Origin: Candidatus Latescibacterota bacterium
GTDB lineage: Bacteria > Latescibacterota > UBA2968 > UBA8231
Assembly (NCBI GenBank): GCA_965208105.1
Contig: OZ242318.1
Coordinates: 4,000,001-4,064,000 of the forward strand
Reading direction: 5' to 3'
DNA: 64,000 nucleotides
Part shown: piece after piece, positions 38,751 to 49,405 of the stretch
Layout: each line of letters opens with the position of its first letter
Numbering within the stretch: the stretch's first letter is position 1
Made by a program: the position numbers and the translations under genes
Notes under the pieces: model-generated
What the model was told of the DNA's origin: nothing
The model's database searches: none
Seen by the model: the letters and a program-made list of their open reading frames with translations, nothing else

Positions 38751-38963
38751 TCAGCAGTTTCTTTGCAGTATGCCCTCCAGTTCTTCGACAATCTCTTTAT
38801 AGGTCCGATGGGCATTTGGGGCTGGGAGGTAGAAGACGATCTCATGTTCCAGGCTGTCCCCGTCCTGGGCGTAATAAGTCACTTTCGCCATTATTGATTT
38901 CAATTTCTTGACATAGAATGATTCGACCTTGGTTTTGGTCGGCAAGAACTCGAATTTAGCCAT
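38751..38963 (-). CDS. Small hypothetical protein in AT-rich patch
   Basis: 70-aa ATG ORF, co-oriented with neighbouring small ORFs. No recognisable motif. Confidence 0.4.
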   Translation of the reverse strand: MAKFEFLPTKTKVESFYVKKLKSIMAKVTYYAQDGDSLEHEIVFYLPAPNAHRTYKEIVEELEGILQRNC

Positions 38964-39189
38964 TAGGTTTTCTTCGATTTCAGGAGCTGCCTGTCGAAGT
39001 TAAATTTTCTTCAATCCTATCCGGAGTCATTGGAATCTGCTCTTCAGTGGTGAATTCCTTGTCCGGCAAAATCTTCTCCATCCAAATTGTAGCCCCTTGA
39101 AACCCGGCGCTAGTCTTCCCACCAAGAAGACTGTCCTCACGCGCCGTTCCATGTAGTTTCAAGGGGCTCTAAATTTTAAACTATCTGGA

Positions 39190-39402
39190 TCAGTTGGAGG
39201 TTTCTTGAGAGGAAGCCATGGGCTCCAGGTCCTTCTTTTTTCGGGGGAACCCGCGTTTCCACTCTCTAATGGATGCGAGTATCCCGGTAAATCCGCCGAA
39301 ACACAATACCAGGAGGAAAAGAAGAATCGCCGCCACCACGATCAGCAGAATAGCGGCGAGGAAATCCCAGAAGGCGGATTCTGGTATGGGCACCCCAGTC
39401 AT
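39190..39402 (-). CDS. Small single-TM hypothetical protein
   Basis: Long hydrophobic stretch followed by a basic tail. Confidence 0.45.
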   Translation of the reverse strand: MTGVPIPESAFWDFLAAILLIVVAAILLFLLVLCFGGFTGILASIREWKRGFPRKKKDLEPMASSQETSN

Positions 39403-39597
39403 GCTTCCAATCCCCTGTTAAACATTTATTTCCCTTGGGCACGCCTGCTGGACCCAGCCCAATGGGGAAATTAGAATCCTCCTCCCTACCTCTGGTTCTC
39501 CACTCAAATCCTGAGACCCGCGGCCCGGTCCCCAACAGAGAGACCGAGCCAACTTCCCCGTGCAGGTCCCAGGAACAAAATCATCCAGGTCGAAAAT

Positions 39598-39747
39598 CCA
39601 GAGTAATCGGCCATGGCAAAGGAATCGCCAATTCTATTCTTCGGTAACCGGCCGGACCAAAGCGGGTATTGCCGCTGTCGAAGGCATCCCGGAACGGGAA
39701 GAAATCCTCCAAGTTAAAAATGCCATCGTCATTGAAGTCGATCTCCG
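39598..39747 (-). pseudogene. Degenerate dockerin/EF-hand-like repeat remnant
   Basis: Minus strand reads EIDFNDDGIFNLEDFFPFRDAFDSGNTRF, then a frameshifted second repeat (RIEL/DSFAMADYSG). Confidence 0.55.
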
Positions 39748-40308
39748 CTGTGGAGTTGGGACAGGAGTTTCGTGGATTTCAGTATTGGCGGTTTGATTGT
39801 CTTGAACGAATTCATCCGCGTTTCCCTTTGTTCAGTGTATAATATAGAACATTAAAGTGAAAATAAATTGAAGATTTGCCTTTGTTTGGTGATATTTCAG
39901 TGGAAAATTATTCGGCCATCTGCTTTTTTCGAATCCAAGGCAACTCGGAAGACGCTAACGGACAAAACAAACCACACCTTCCGGGGGCGCCGTGGAGAAT
40001 GCTACCAGCGCTATGCTGGGCCTAGTCGGGGTGGAACTTGGACCGCGACCGCACCAGAGATCTGACGGCCGGAGAAGATCATCTCCAAGTAGTTGTGTGG
40101 GGTGTATGCTCCCTATTCCTCTGAACAACCTAAAGGTGAAAAACCGGTGAGATTTATTTTTATTTGGTGGTGTTTTGGCGTACATTGGTTCCGCTGCCTA
40201 TTTTGTTGTGTCCGGTTCAAGTGAGGGGAGGCCAAGTCTGCCTCAAAATCTCCTTCAGGTGATGGGACTCCCGAGAGAGGCTGATCCCCGAAAACCAGGA
40301 GAAGGGAA

Positions 40309-42699
40309 TTGAGATCGGCTGAGGAACTCCAACGAGAAAACGGCGCGTTGCGGGAGCGCCTGGCCCGATTGATCGAGGTCAGCCTGCGCATCAACGAAAG
40401 CCTTGGTTTCGAAACGGTGGTGCAGGGCGTTCTGGACTCCACCCGATCGCTGACGGGGGCCCGGTATGGGGTGATTAGGATGGTCGACGATTCGGGACAG
40501 ACGGAGAGCTTCCTTTCCTCGGGGATGACCGCGGAGGAGGCGGGTCGACTGTGGGGCCAGCCCGACGGAATGCGCCTTTTCGACTACCTCGGCAGCCTTT
40601 CCGCCCCGCTTCGGCTGCGGGACCTTTTGGGCCATCTCTCCTCCAAGGGCTTTCCCGGCCTTTCACTGCCCGAGGAGGCGGGCTCGGAGGTCCCATATCT
40701 CGCCGCGCCGATACTCCACCAAAGCAGGCGAGTGGGAAACATCTTTCTGGCCGGCAAGCAAGGGGGAGAAGAATTCATCCAGGAAGATGAGGAGACTCTG
40801 GTCCTGTTCGCTTCGCAGGCCGCGCTGGTTTTGTCCAACGCCCGCAGATACCGCGACGAGCAGCGGGCCCGCACCGATCTGGAGACCCTGATCGACACCT
40901 CTCCGGTGGGCGTGATCGTCTGGGACGCGAGGACGGGAGTTCCGGTTTCGTTCAACCGGGAAGCCCGAAGGATCGCCGACGGTTTGCGCAATCCGGAGCA
41001 ATCGCCCGAGGAATTCCTCCAGGTCCTGACCTTTCGGCGAGGAGACGGCCGGGAAGTCTCCCTGGAACAGGTCTCCTTAGCCCAGGCGCTGAGCGAATGC
41101 GAGACGGTGCGGGTCGAGGAGATCGTCCTGCGGGTGCCCGACGGACGGTCGGTCACGGTTCTGCTCAATGCGACGCCGATCCGCTCGGAGGAGAACGGGG
41201 AGGTGGAGTCGGTGGTGATGACCCTGCAGGACATGACCTCTCTGATGGAGGTGGAACGGCTGCGGGCCGAGTTTCTCGCGATGGTGAGCCACGAGTTGCG
41301 CGCCCCTCTGACCTCCATCAAGGGATCCACGGCCACGGTGTTGGGCGACACCTCCGCCCTGAGCGTCGCCGAGATGGTTCAGTTCTTTCGCATCATCAAC
41401 CATCAGGCCGACCACATGAGCAGCCTGATCAAGGACCTGTTGGACCTTGCCCGCATCGGGAACGGCGCCTTGCAGGTCAATCCCGAGCCGGCTTCCGTGG
41501 ACAGCCTGGTGGACCAGGCCCGCAACACCTTCTTGAGCGGGGGCACATCGGGCGACGTTCGCATAGAGTTGGCGGCCGACCTTCCCCGGGTGATGGCCGA
41601 CCGGGGGCGTATCGTCCAGGTTTTGGGAAACTTGCTGTCCAACGCCTTCCGTCATTCTCCTAAATGGGGGTCACCCATCCTGGTATCGGCGGTATTGGAG
41701 GAGTTTTACGTGGCGATATCCGTTACGGACCGGGGCCGGGGAGTTTCAGCCGAGCAGCTGCCGCACCTGTTCCGGAAGTTTCCCCGCCTGGACGGGGAAG
41801 ACGGGGAGGGGAAAGGGGGGAAGGGCCTGGGCCTGGCCATCTGCAAAGGCATCGTGGAGTCCCACGGGGGCCGAATCTGGGCCGAAAGCGAAGGGGAGGG
41901 CCGGGGGACGCGCATCACCTTCACCCTCCCCACCGTCGAGGAGGCCGCAATGGCCGCTTCGGCGGCATCGGAGCCGGGCTTCGCCCGCCCTCAGCAGAGC
42001 GGAAAGAAGCCAGCCCCCATCCTGGTGGTGGACGACGACCCGCAGACCCTGCTGAGCGTTCGGGGCGCCTTGTCGAAGGCCGGCTACGTAACTATTGCAA
42101 CGGGAGATCCGGCGGAGGTGCCCCGCCTCCTGAAGGAGCACCGCCCCAACCTGGTGTTGCTGGACCTCGTTCTTCCGGAGGTCGACGGCATCGAGCTGAT
42201 GCGGGAGATTTTCGAAATGGCCGCCGTTCCGGTCCTCTTCCTTTCCGCTTATGGCCAGGACGAGGTGATTGCCCGGGCCTTCGACGCCGGGGCGGCCGAC
42301 TACGTGGTCAAGCCCTTCTCGCCGACCGAATTGACCGCCCGAATCCGGGCAATCCTGCGCCGGGGGGCCGCACCCTTCCGAGCCGAGCCGTCCGAACCCT
42401 GTGTACTGGGAGATTTGACCATCGACTACGTGGACCGGAGGGTGACCGTGGGTGGACGGCGGGTGCGATTGACCGACACCGAGTACCGGCTGCTGGTGGA
42501 GCTTTCGGTCCATCTGGGAAGGGTAGTGACCTACGAGGAGCTCCTGGAGCGGGTCTGGGGTGGGAAGACCCTGGGCGACCTGCGGCCGCTGCGCTCCACG
42601 GTGAAGAGCATCCGCCGCAAGCTGGGGGATGGCGCAAAGACCCCCGCCTACCTCTTCAACGAGTCTCGCGTCGGCTATCGCCTGGGAAGCGTGGAATAG
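40309..42699 (+). CDS. Soluble hybrid sensor kinase-response regulator: GAF-PAS-HisKA-HATPase-REC-OmpR-type wHTH
   Basis: MVSHELRAPLTSI (H box), NLLSNA, D.G.G, GLGLAI, ILVVDDD, LLDL, DYVVKPF, LTDTEYRLL..ELLERVWG..IRRKL..VGYR. Confidence 0.92.
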   Translation: MRSAEELQRENGALRERLARLIEVSLRINESLGFETVVQGVLDSTRSLTGARYGVIRMVDDSGQTESFLSSGMTAEEAGRLWGQPDGMRLFDYLGSLSAPLRLRDLLGHLSSKGFPGLSLPEEAGSEVPYLAAPILHQSRRVGNIFLAGKQGGEEFIQEDEETLVLFASQAALVLSNARRYRDEQRARTDLETLIDTSPVGVIVWDARTGVPVSFNREARRIADGLRNPEQSPEEFLQVLTFRRGDGREVSLEQVSLAQALSECETVRVEEIVLRVPDGRSVTVLLNATPIRSEENGEVESVVMTLQDMTSLMEVERLRAEFLAMVSHELRAPLTSIKGSTATVLGDTSALSVAEMVQFFRIINHQADHMSSLIKDLLDLARIGNGALQVNPEPASVDSLVDQARNTFLSGGTSGDVRIELAADLPRVMADRGRIVQVLGNLLSNAFRHSPKWGSPILVSAVLEEFYVAISVTDRGRGVSAEQLPHLFRKFPRLDGEDGEGKGGKGLGLAICKGIVESHGGRIWAESEGEGRGTRITFTLPTVEEAAMAASAASEPGFARPQQSGKKPAPILVVDDDPQTLLSVRGALSKAGYVTIATGDPAEVPRLLKEHRPNLVLLDLVLPEVDGIELMREIFEMAAVPVLFLSAYGQDEVIARAFDAGAADYVVKPFSPTELTARIRAILRRGAAPFRAEPSEPCVLGDLTIDYVDRRVTVGGRRVRLTDTEYRLLVELSVHLGRVVTYEELLERVWGGKTLGDLRPLRSTVKSIRRKLGDGAKTPAYLFNESRVGYRLGSVE

Positions 42700-42738
42700 G
42701 AAAAGTTCCGGGTCGTGCAGGTGGGAGAGACGGCCACG

Positions 42739-43689
42739 TCAGTATCCACAGCGCTCAGCGGCCCTGAAGAACGGTTCGGAGACGGCGGAGGCGCCGTGAT
42801 AGGTCATATCGCTGGCCATGTAGTGGACGCAGATAAGGCGGGCCCCGTTCTCCATTGCGACAACCATTCCGTCCTCTATGTCACGGGGGTCCTCCATCGA
42901 GCCGCTGCCCACTACCCTGCCGAGGCAGACACCGCGCTGTGAAGCGGCGCGGAACAGATCGTTGATGGCGTCTTCGATCTCGGGGATGTCTCCTTCCCGG
43001 AGGATGGCGTCGAACGGGCCGACGAAGCCACAGGCTTTGTTCCTGCCCTGGGCGGCCATCAGATCCAGGATGCGGTCGCGCAAACCCAGGTCGAGGATAT
43101 ACTCGGCCGTCTCGAACTGGATCCAGCCCTGGGTCTCGGTTTCGGTGCTGCGAAGAGAACCGGGGGTGAACATCATGGTGCGGTCGCCGGTGCGGACCGG
43201 GTAGCCTCCGCGGTCCTCCGCCCCGGCCTGTCCGGGGATGGGAAAATTTATGGCGCGGAAATAGCTCTCGGCTTCTTCGTAGGTTGTTCCATATGGCCGC
43301 ATTGTAGCGCGCGCTCCCAACTGAAAGGCATCGCCGTGCTGGCTGCGCGCTTCGCGGTGCAGGCGCTGAATGGGCAGCAGCCCCAGACTCGCCTCGGCGA
43401 AGTTTTGTTCCCTTCCGTACCACCCCTCCCACTGCCCGTGCTCTCCGTCGTTGACAATCCAGGTGAATCCCGCCTTCGCCCATGCGTGGGCTTCACTCCG
43501 GCGGAATCCGTGCCAGGGTATGTCGTTGAAGATCCCGAGAAGCGGCGGGATATCTGCAAAGGACTCGGCACGGTCCAGAATTTCCTTCAGGGAATTGCGG
43601 GCGGGATTCAGGGCATGGGCATGGGCGCGGCGGGCGAACTCCTCGGCCTTCAACGGCCGGTTTCCCCCGATCGCTTCAATGGCATTCAC
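42739..43689 (-). CDS. HpcH/HpaI aldolase-like protein (divergent)
   Basis: AGFTWIVNDGEH, GWIQFET, FVGPFD. GTG start with GGAGG RBS. Confidence 0.7.
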   Translation of the reverse strand: MNAIEAIGGNRPLKAEEFARRAHAHALNPARNSLKEILDRAESFADIPPLLGIFNDIPWHGFRRSEAHAWAKAGFTWIVNDGEHGQWEGWYGREQNFAEASLGLLPIQRLHREARSQHGDAFQLGARATMRPYGTTYEEAESYFRAINFPIPGQAGAEDRGGYPVRTGDRTMMFTPGSLRSTETETQGWIQFETAEYILDLGLRDRILDLMAAQGRNKACGFVGPFDAILREGDIPEIEDAINDLFRAASQRGVCLGRVVGSGSMEDPRDIEDGMVVAMENGARLICVHYMASDMTYHGASAVSEPFFRAAERCGY

Positions 43690-44423
43690 GTATTTTCCTC
43701 CGTCGTTTTTTCCCCCATGGGATGCGGGCACTGCTTGCGTAGAATGCACGAGTTACAAAGAGGCTTGGCCTTGCAGAATGTGGTGGCGTGTTTTACCAGC
43801 AGGGCGTGGTATTCGTTGAAAAGGACAGGGTCGGCAGGCAGTGCCTGAACAAACCGGGACTGCAACTCTGCATTGCTTATGGATAGGTCGACAAGACCCA
43901 GGCGGGCACAGATCCTCCGCGTGTAGGAGTCCACCACGAAAGTCGGGTATTGGGCGGCGTAGAGCAGGATGGAGTCTGCGGTCTCCGGCCCGATTCCATT
44001 CAGGGCGAGCAGTTCCTGGCGCAATGCTTCCAGCGGGCGTTTGAGCAGGGAGGCGGTATCGCCATGGTGCTCCAGAATGTATTGCGAAATCAGATGAAGC
44101 CTGCGCGCTTTTTGGTTGAAGTACCCCGCGGGCCGTATGAGCCGTGCCAGCTCTGCTCGGTCCAGGTTGGACAGGGGAACCAGGTCCAGCACCTGCCGCG
44201 AGCAAAGTGCGTGGAGGGCCTGCTCGACGTTGTGCCAGGCCGTGTTCTGGGTGAGGACGGCGCCGACGACGATCTCCCATTGCTCGCGGGAGCTCAGGGA
44301 CCGCGTGCCCTCTCCCGGATAGTAGCGCGGCCGGGTCTCACCCGACGGCGTAGTCGGCCACCAGCCCTGGGGGCCGAAATACTGGTAGAGTCTGTCGTAA
44401 AGAAGGCGCAATGGCTGTTGCAC
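43686..44423 (-). CDS. Endonuclease III-like HhH-GPD DNA glycosylase with 4Fe-4S motif
   Basis: GAVLTQNTAW, LLALNGIGPETADSILLYA, VVDSY, CKAKPLCNSCILRKQC. Confidence 0.9.
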   Translation of the reverse strand: MQQPLRLLYDRLYQYFGPQGWWPTTPSGETRPRYYPGEGTRSLSSREQWEIVVGAVLTQNTAWHNVEQALHALCSRQVLDLVPLSNLDRAELARLIRPAGYFNQKARRLHLISQYILEHHGDTASLLKRPLEALRQELLALNGIGPETADSILLYAAQYPTFVVDSYTRRICARLGLVDLSISNAELQSRFVQALPADPVLFNEYHALLVKHATTFCKAKPLCNSCILRKQCPHPMGEKTTEENT

Positions 44424-44612
44424 GGGTCCGTCCGGCTGCCGGAAATTTCCAGAGGTTGAGAAGATGGGCCAATGGGAGCGAAGGGGCAAGAATGGGGATT
44501 CCCGGACCGGGCATTCGGGCTGGATGGGGGAGATCGCAATACTTAGATTCACCGGCACCTGAGCCGAAGGGCGGAACCACCCTGGACCTTCCAAAAAACT
44601 GGAGAATCCCAA

Positions 44613-45749
44613 ATGACATCGAGAAAGACCTATCGCGCCGCTGCCATCGGCCGCACCGGCGGCGGCGGATATGGGCACGGGTTGCACAAAGCGTTCCGGG
44701 AACTGGATAACGTCGAGTTCGTGGCTCTCGCCGACGAGGACGAAGGGGGCCGTTGCGAGGCCCGGGAGGAAACGGGGGTGCCGAAGGCCTACTCGGACTA
44801 CCGGGAAATGCTGCGCCGGGAGCGCCCCGATATCGTCAGCGTGGGACCGCGCTGGACGGACTGTCATCTCGAGATGGTCCTGGCCTCCCTCGAGACGGGG
44901 GCGCACGTGTACTGCGAAAAGCCCATGACCGCCGACCTGGAGGAGGGCGACCAGATTGTCAGCATGGCCGCCGCCGCGGGCAGGAAGGTGGCCGTAGCGC
45001 ATCAGGGCGTCTACCTGGGCGGCACGCGCAGGGTGAAGCAGGTGTTGGAGGAAGGCCGCATCGGCCGTCTGCAGGCCATCTACGCCCATGGCAAGCAGGA
45101 CTCGCGCGGCGGCGGGGAGGACATGATCGTCCTGGGCACCCATCTCTTCAATACCATGCGGTTCTTCGCCGGCGACGTCGCCTGGATGTCAGCCCATGTA
45201 ACCGTCGGCGGCCGGGCTATCGAACCTGGCGACGTCCGGGACCCCACAGAGCCCGTGGGCCCCGTTGCCGGCGATTGCGTCAACAGCTACTTCGCCTTCG
45301 AGAATGGCGTGTCGGGTTTTTTCGATTCGCGCAGGGATCAGCCCGGCCGCGGCAGGAACTTCGGCATGGAGATCGTCGGGAGCGAGGGGCGCATCGCCCT
45401 CAAGGGCGGCAGCGGCAGCGACATCATGATCTATCCCTACCCGGCTTTCGAGGCATCTTCCAGGGAGCAGGAATGGCAGGCGCTCGATGGAGTGCAGCAG
45501 CAGGACCTGCAGGCTGACGGCAACACCGCGGCCGTCGCCGATTTGATCGAGGCCATCGAAACAGACCGGGAGCCCGTCTCCAGCGCCCGCAGCGCGGTTG
45601 CCGCCCTGGAAATGATTCTGGGGTCTTACGAAGCGCAGATCACCGGGGGTCGGGTGGCGCTCCCCATGCAGCGGCGCCATCCTTTGATCGCCTGGAAGGA
45701 AGGATTCTATGACCGCCGGGGCGGTCCCGCACGAGATCATACCCAGTAA
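44613..45749 (+). CDS. Gfo/Idh/MocA-family oxidoreductase
   Basis: DYREML..ERPDIVSV, HVYCEKP, LGTH. Confidence 0.9.
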   Translation: MTSRKTYRAAAIGRTGGGGYGHGLHKAFRELDNVEFVALADEDEGGRCEAREETGVPKAYSDYREMLRRERPDIVSVGPRWTDCHLEMVLASLETGAHVYCEKPMTADLEEGDQIVSMAAAAGRKVAVAHQGVYLGGTRRVKQVLEEGRIGRLQAIYAHGKQDSRGGGEDMIVLGTHLFNTMRFFAGDVAWMSAHVTVGGRAIEPGDVRDPTEPVGPVAGDCVNSYFAFENGVSGFFDSRRDQPGRGRNFGMEIVGSEGRIALKGGSGSDIMIYPYPAFEASSREQEWQALDGVQQQDLQADGNTAAVADLIEAIETDREPVSSARSAVAALEMILGSYEAQITGGRVALPMQRRHPLIAWKEGFYDRRGGPARDHTQ

Positions 45750-47148
45750 CAATCTGCCTCCGCCGCAGTACCGGGATTTGCCCGAGCCCCCTTCTTCATG
45801 GAGGCGGCTGGTGGGGCCCAGCATTCTGCTCCTGGGACTATCCATCGGCAGTGGAGAGTTCGTGCTTTGGCCCTACATCACCTACAAGTTCGGGTTCGTG
45901 GTGTTCTGGGCATGCATGGTCGGGGTTACGACCCAGTTTTTCATAAACATGGAGATCGAGCGCTGGACCCTGGCCACCGGGGAGACGGCGGTGACCGGGT
46001 TCTGCCGGCTTTGGAAGCACTGGGCCTGGATCTTCCTGCTGTGCAACGTGATTCCCTGGATGTGGCCAGGCTGGGCTTCGGGAGCGGCCACCTTGTTCAC
46101 CTGGGAGGTCGGCGGCGGGGAGACGGTGCGGGTGGTCTTCGCCGTGGGCAGCCTGATCGCGGTGGGCCTTGCCCTGTCCCTGGGACCGGTGGTCTACAAC
46201 ACGGTCGAGCGCATCCAGATGGTCCTCGTCACCGTGGTGCTCCTCTTCCTGCTGGTCATTTTTTTCCTGGTTGTAGAACCGGGCCACATCATCGATATGG
46301 TCAAAGGGATAGCCTCGGTAGGGCACATTCCCGCGGACATGGAGCTGCCGCTGCTCCTGGGAGCTATTGCATTCGCCGGGGCTGGGGGCACGATGAATCT
46401 GGCTCAAAGCGGGTTTGTCCGCGACAAGGGATATGCCATGGGACGCTACGTCGGCCGGCTCACCAGCCCCCTGACGGGCAAGGAGGAGCCTGTTGCCGAC
46501 GTCGGATTCCACTTCGAGCTCAGCGAAGAGAACATGAGCCGCTGGCAGGGCTGGTGGAAGGCGGCCAACCGGGAGCACTTTGTCTCCTTCTATCTGCTCT
46601 CGGCACTTTCCCTCATGATGCTCGCGCTGATTTCCTACAGCGTGGCTCGACAGACGCCCGGCCTCGAAAGCGGACTGGGTTTCATCCGCGCCGAGGGCGA
46701 ATTCATGAACCAGCACTACGGGGCGGTGGTGCAACACCTGTTTCACTGGATGGGAATCGTAATCCTGCTGACAACCGAGTTGGGATTGCTCGACGCCTGC
46801 GCGCGGATCTCCACCGACATAATCAAGGTCAACTGGTTGCGCGACAGCCCCCGCTGGAGCGAAAGCCGGATATACTTCGCGGCCCTGTGGGCGCAGATCG
46901 CCTTTGGCTGCCTGATCATGCTGACTGACTTCAATCAGCCGCTGGTCCTGTTGGTTTTCAGCGCTTCGCTCAACGGCGGAGTGATGCTGCTCTATGCCGT
47001 GCTGCTGCTGTGGATGAACAACAGGGTCCTGCACAACAAGCTGGCCATGCACAAAGTCCGCTTCGTGGTTCTCGTGTGGGCCTGCTCGTTCTTCGGCTAT
47101 TTCACCATAGTCACGCTGAAAAACCAATTGCCCAGATTGTGGCAATAA
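45709..47148 (+). CDS. Nramp-like (APC superfamily) transporter
   Basis: VGPSILLLGLSIGSGEFVLWP, ERWTLATGE, about 11 TMs. Confidence 0.8.
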   Translation: MTAGAVPHEIIPSNNLPPPQYRDLPEPPSSWRRLVGPSILLLGLSIGSGEFVLWPYITYKFGFVVFWACMVGVTTQFFINMEIERWTLATGETAVTGFCRLWKHWAWIFLLCNVIPWMWPGWASGAATLFTWEVGGGETVRVVFAVGSLIAVGLALSLGPVVYNTVERIQMVLVTVVLLFLLVIFFLVVEPGHIIDMVKGIASVGHIPADMELPLLLGAIAFAGAGGTMNLAQSGFVRDKGYAMGRYVGRLTSPLTGKEEPVADVGFHFELSEENMSRWQGWWKAANREHFVSFYLLSALSLMMLALISYSVARQTPGLESGLGFIRAEGEFMNQHYGAVVQHLFHWMGIVILLTTELGLLDACARISTDIIKVNWLRDSPRWSESRIYFAALWAQIAFGCLIMLTDFNQPLVLLVFSASLNGGVMLLYAVLLLWMNNRVLHNKLAMHKVRFVVLVWACSFFGYFTIVTLKNQLPRLWQ

Positions 47149-47163
47149 GGAGGGAAGATTCTC

Positions 47164-48180
47164 ATGGGACTCAGAATGGGCTTTGCGCTCGTGGTGATCG
47201 GGGCACACGCTTTTGTCTCTCTCGGCTGCCAGAGCGCAGCCCTGCGCTCGGCCAAGCTCTACCAGCAGCAGGGGAATTGGGAGCTCGCCCTGGAGCAGCT
47301 AAAGCTCGCCGTGGCTGAAAATCCCCAGGACCATGAAGCCCATTTCCTCCTGGGGGAAGCCCATGCCCGCACAGGCGATTACGAAAATATGAACGCGGCT
47401 TTCGACAGGGCCCTGGAGCTGAGCGCCCGCTGGCAGGAGAAGGTGAAAAATGAGAGAAGACGGGTCTGGGTGGAGCACTACAACAGGGGAATCACCGCCC
47501 TGCAGGAGGAGGACTTCGCGGCCGCGTCGATGGAATACGAGAAAGCCACCGTCATCGATCCCACCGAACCGGATGCATTCAACAATCTGGCCTTCGCCTA
47601 CTTCAAGATGGACAGGATGGACGATTGCATCGCCGCCTACCTGAAGGCGCTGGAACTCACCCCGGAGAACACGGAGCTTCTGACCAATATTGGTATTTTC
47701 TACTCCAACAAGGGAGAGTTCGACGAGGCGGTCGCCTACCTCGAGCGGGGGTTGAACCTGGGCGGGGAGACCGCGAATCTGCTCAGGACCCTGGGCGACG
47801 CCTATGCCGGCCTTGAGAAAAATGACCAGGCGCTGGGGGTCTACGCCAGGGCCATGGAGCTGAATCCCGACGATCCCCGCCTGCTGGTCCGCGTGGGCAG
47901 GACACACTGGATCTCAGGTGACTACGATCAGGCCGAGAAATACTACACCCGCGCCCTGAACCTGGACCCCGATGATACCGAGACCCTCTACGACCTGGCC
48001 GCGACCTATGTCAAGATGGAAAAGATGGAGGACGCCCGCCCTGTGCTCGAGAAGCTGGTCGAGATGGACCCTGGGAACGGAGATGGCTGGTATTGGCTGG
48101 GTTACGTCTATGCCCACCTGGATATGGCCGAGGAGAGCGAGGGCGCCTTTGCAAAGGCCGAGAAGCTGAAAGCCCGGTAG
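47164..48180 (+). CDS. TPR-repeat lipoprotein
   Basis: Lipobox SLGC followed by tandem TPRs. Confidence 0.88.
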   Translation: MGLRMGFALVVIGAHAFVSLGCQSAALRSAKLYQQQGNWELALEQLKLAVAENPQDHEAHFLLGEAHARTGDYENMNAAFDRALELSARWQEKVKNERRRVWVEHYNRGITALQEEDFAAASMEYEKATVIDPTEPDAFNNLAFAYFKMDRMDDCIAAYLKALELTPENTELLTNIGIFYSNKGEFDEAVAYLERGLNLGGETANLLRTLGDAYAGLEKNDQALGVYARAMELNPDDPRLLVRVGRTHWISGDYDQAEKYYTRALNLDPDDTETLYDLAATYVKMEKMEDARPVLEKLVEMDPGNGDGWYWLGYVYAHLDMAEESEGAFAKAEKLKAR

Positions 48181-48187
48181 TCCCCTC

Positions 48188-49183
48188 TCAACCCTTCAAC
48201 AGCCGCCGGGCCGCTTCCCTGCCCCTGACCCCGCAGCGTACCAGCTGGTTGGAAAATCCTTCCACCGTGAAATAGGAGACCAGATCGCCTCCGAAGCCGC
48301 GCTTGAAAAGGGCTATGGAGGGAATGTTGGCGCCGCCGAAATCGAATTTTCCACAAGTGGTTTGGGCCAGGAAGCGCCAGTAGAGCAGGGAGGCTGAGCC
48401 GGAGGAAGCATAGGCGGGATTCTGACCGGCGACCCAGGCGTAGGCCGTGTCGAAGCCCTTGACGAAGACGACGATGGAGGCCGCTTCGCCGGCGGCAGAC
48501 TCCACCACGAAGGCCTCGGCCAGATTCTTCCCGAGAACGCCCTGGGCGAATCGCTCGACCAGGGCCGGGTCCACGGGCGCCTTCTCGTCCTGCCGGGCGT
48601 AGACCGAGGTGTATTGACGCCGGAGCAGATCCATATCGTCGGTTGCACGAAAATGGAACCCCGCCCTCTCCGCCTTCCGAATCACGGTTCGCGTCCGGCG
48701 TTCCAGGCGTTCCCAGATGCTGTCGAGATCGGGGAAGGACAGTTGGTAGGTATAGCGCACGCCTGCCTCCCAGCCCGCCCAGGTGAAAGGCCGCACATCC
48801 TGGATGGACGGGGCGTGAATCAGGCGGACGTGGCCGTAGCTGCGGGTCAGGTGGTCTGCCAGAACCCGCGCGGCGCGGTTCCACTCGGCTTCAACTTTTG
48901 CAGGTCCCTTGCTCGGAACGGGGGCGCAAAGCAGGCCTCCATGGGGGCTGAGCACGGGTGTGCTCAGCTGCCTTATGCGGCCGCGGCGGTTTTCCAGTCC
49001 GGAGATTCCTGCAATCAGCCGGCCGTTCTTGTAGCAGCCGTAGCAGCGCACCTCGCCTCCCGCCGCATCCTGAGCGCAGTCGAGCCAGGAGCGGGTGGAA
49101 AAAATGGAGCCTCCTGCCAGGCGGACAAAACCATCCCAGGCGGCGGAATCTGTTACTTCAAGAATTTCGTAGGAGTCGGACAT
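48188..49183 (-). CDS. GNAT/FemAB-like acyltransferase
   Basis: WDGFV..SIFSTRSWL, IRKAERAG, FDFGGANIPSIALFKRGFGG. Confidence 0.8.
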   Translation of the reverse strand: MSDSYEILEVTDSAAWDGFVRLAGGSIFSTRSWLDCAQDAAGGEVRCYGCYKNGRLIAGISGLENRRGRIRQLSTPVLSPHGGLLCAPVPSKGPAKVEAEWNRAARVLADHLTRSYGHVRLIHAPSIQDVRPFTWAGWEAGVRYTYQLSFPDLDSIWERLERRTRTVIRKAERAGFHFRATDDMDLLRRQYTSVYARQDEKAPVDPALVERFAQGVLGKNLAEAFVVESAAGEAASIVVFVKGFDTAYAWVAGQNPAYASSGSASLLYWRFLAQTTCGKFDFGGANIPSIALFKRGFGGDLVSYFTVEGFSNQLVRCGVRGREAARRLLKG

Positions 49184-49405
49184 GGTGGGCGGAACCTGTA
49201 AGGCGAGCGCGCGCAGGTCCAGCGGATCTCCCTCGCGGCGGCCGGCACATTGGATTTCACCTTGATATAACCATAGTCAATTCGCATTTCAAGCGCATTC
49301 CCGGCGCCTCCGAATCAAGGCCGAATGCGCATCCCGGACCCCAAGCCCGCGAATTGCACTCCGCTGCAACACGCCGCGAGGCCAGGCCCGACCTTGTATT
49401 GTCTA

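Noticed and set aside
43686-45143. 485-aa extended version of the HhH-GPD glycosylase (similarly the extended starts at 4163, 9832, 13978 and 58268)
   Set aside because: The extensions overlap neighbouring genes or remnants; homology-like sequence begins at the downstream starts used.
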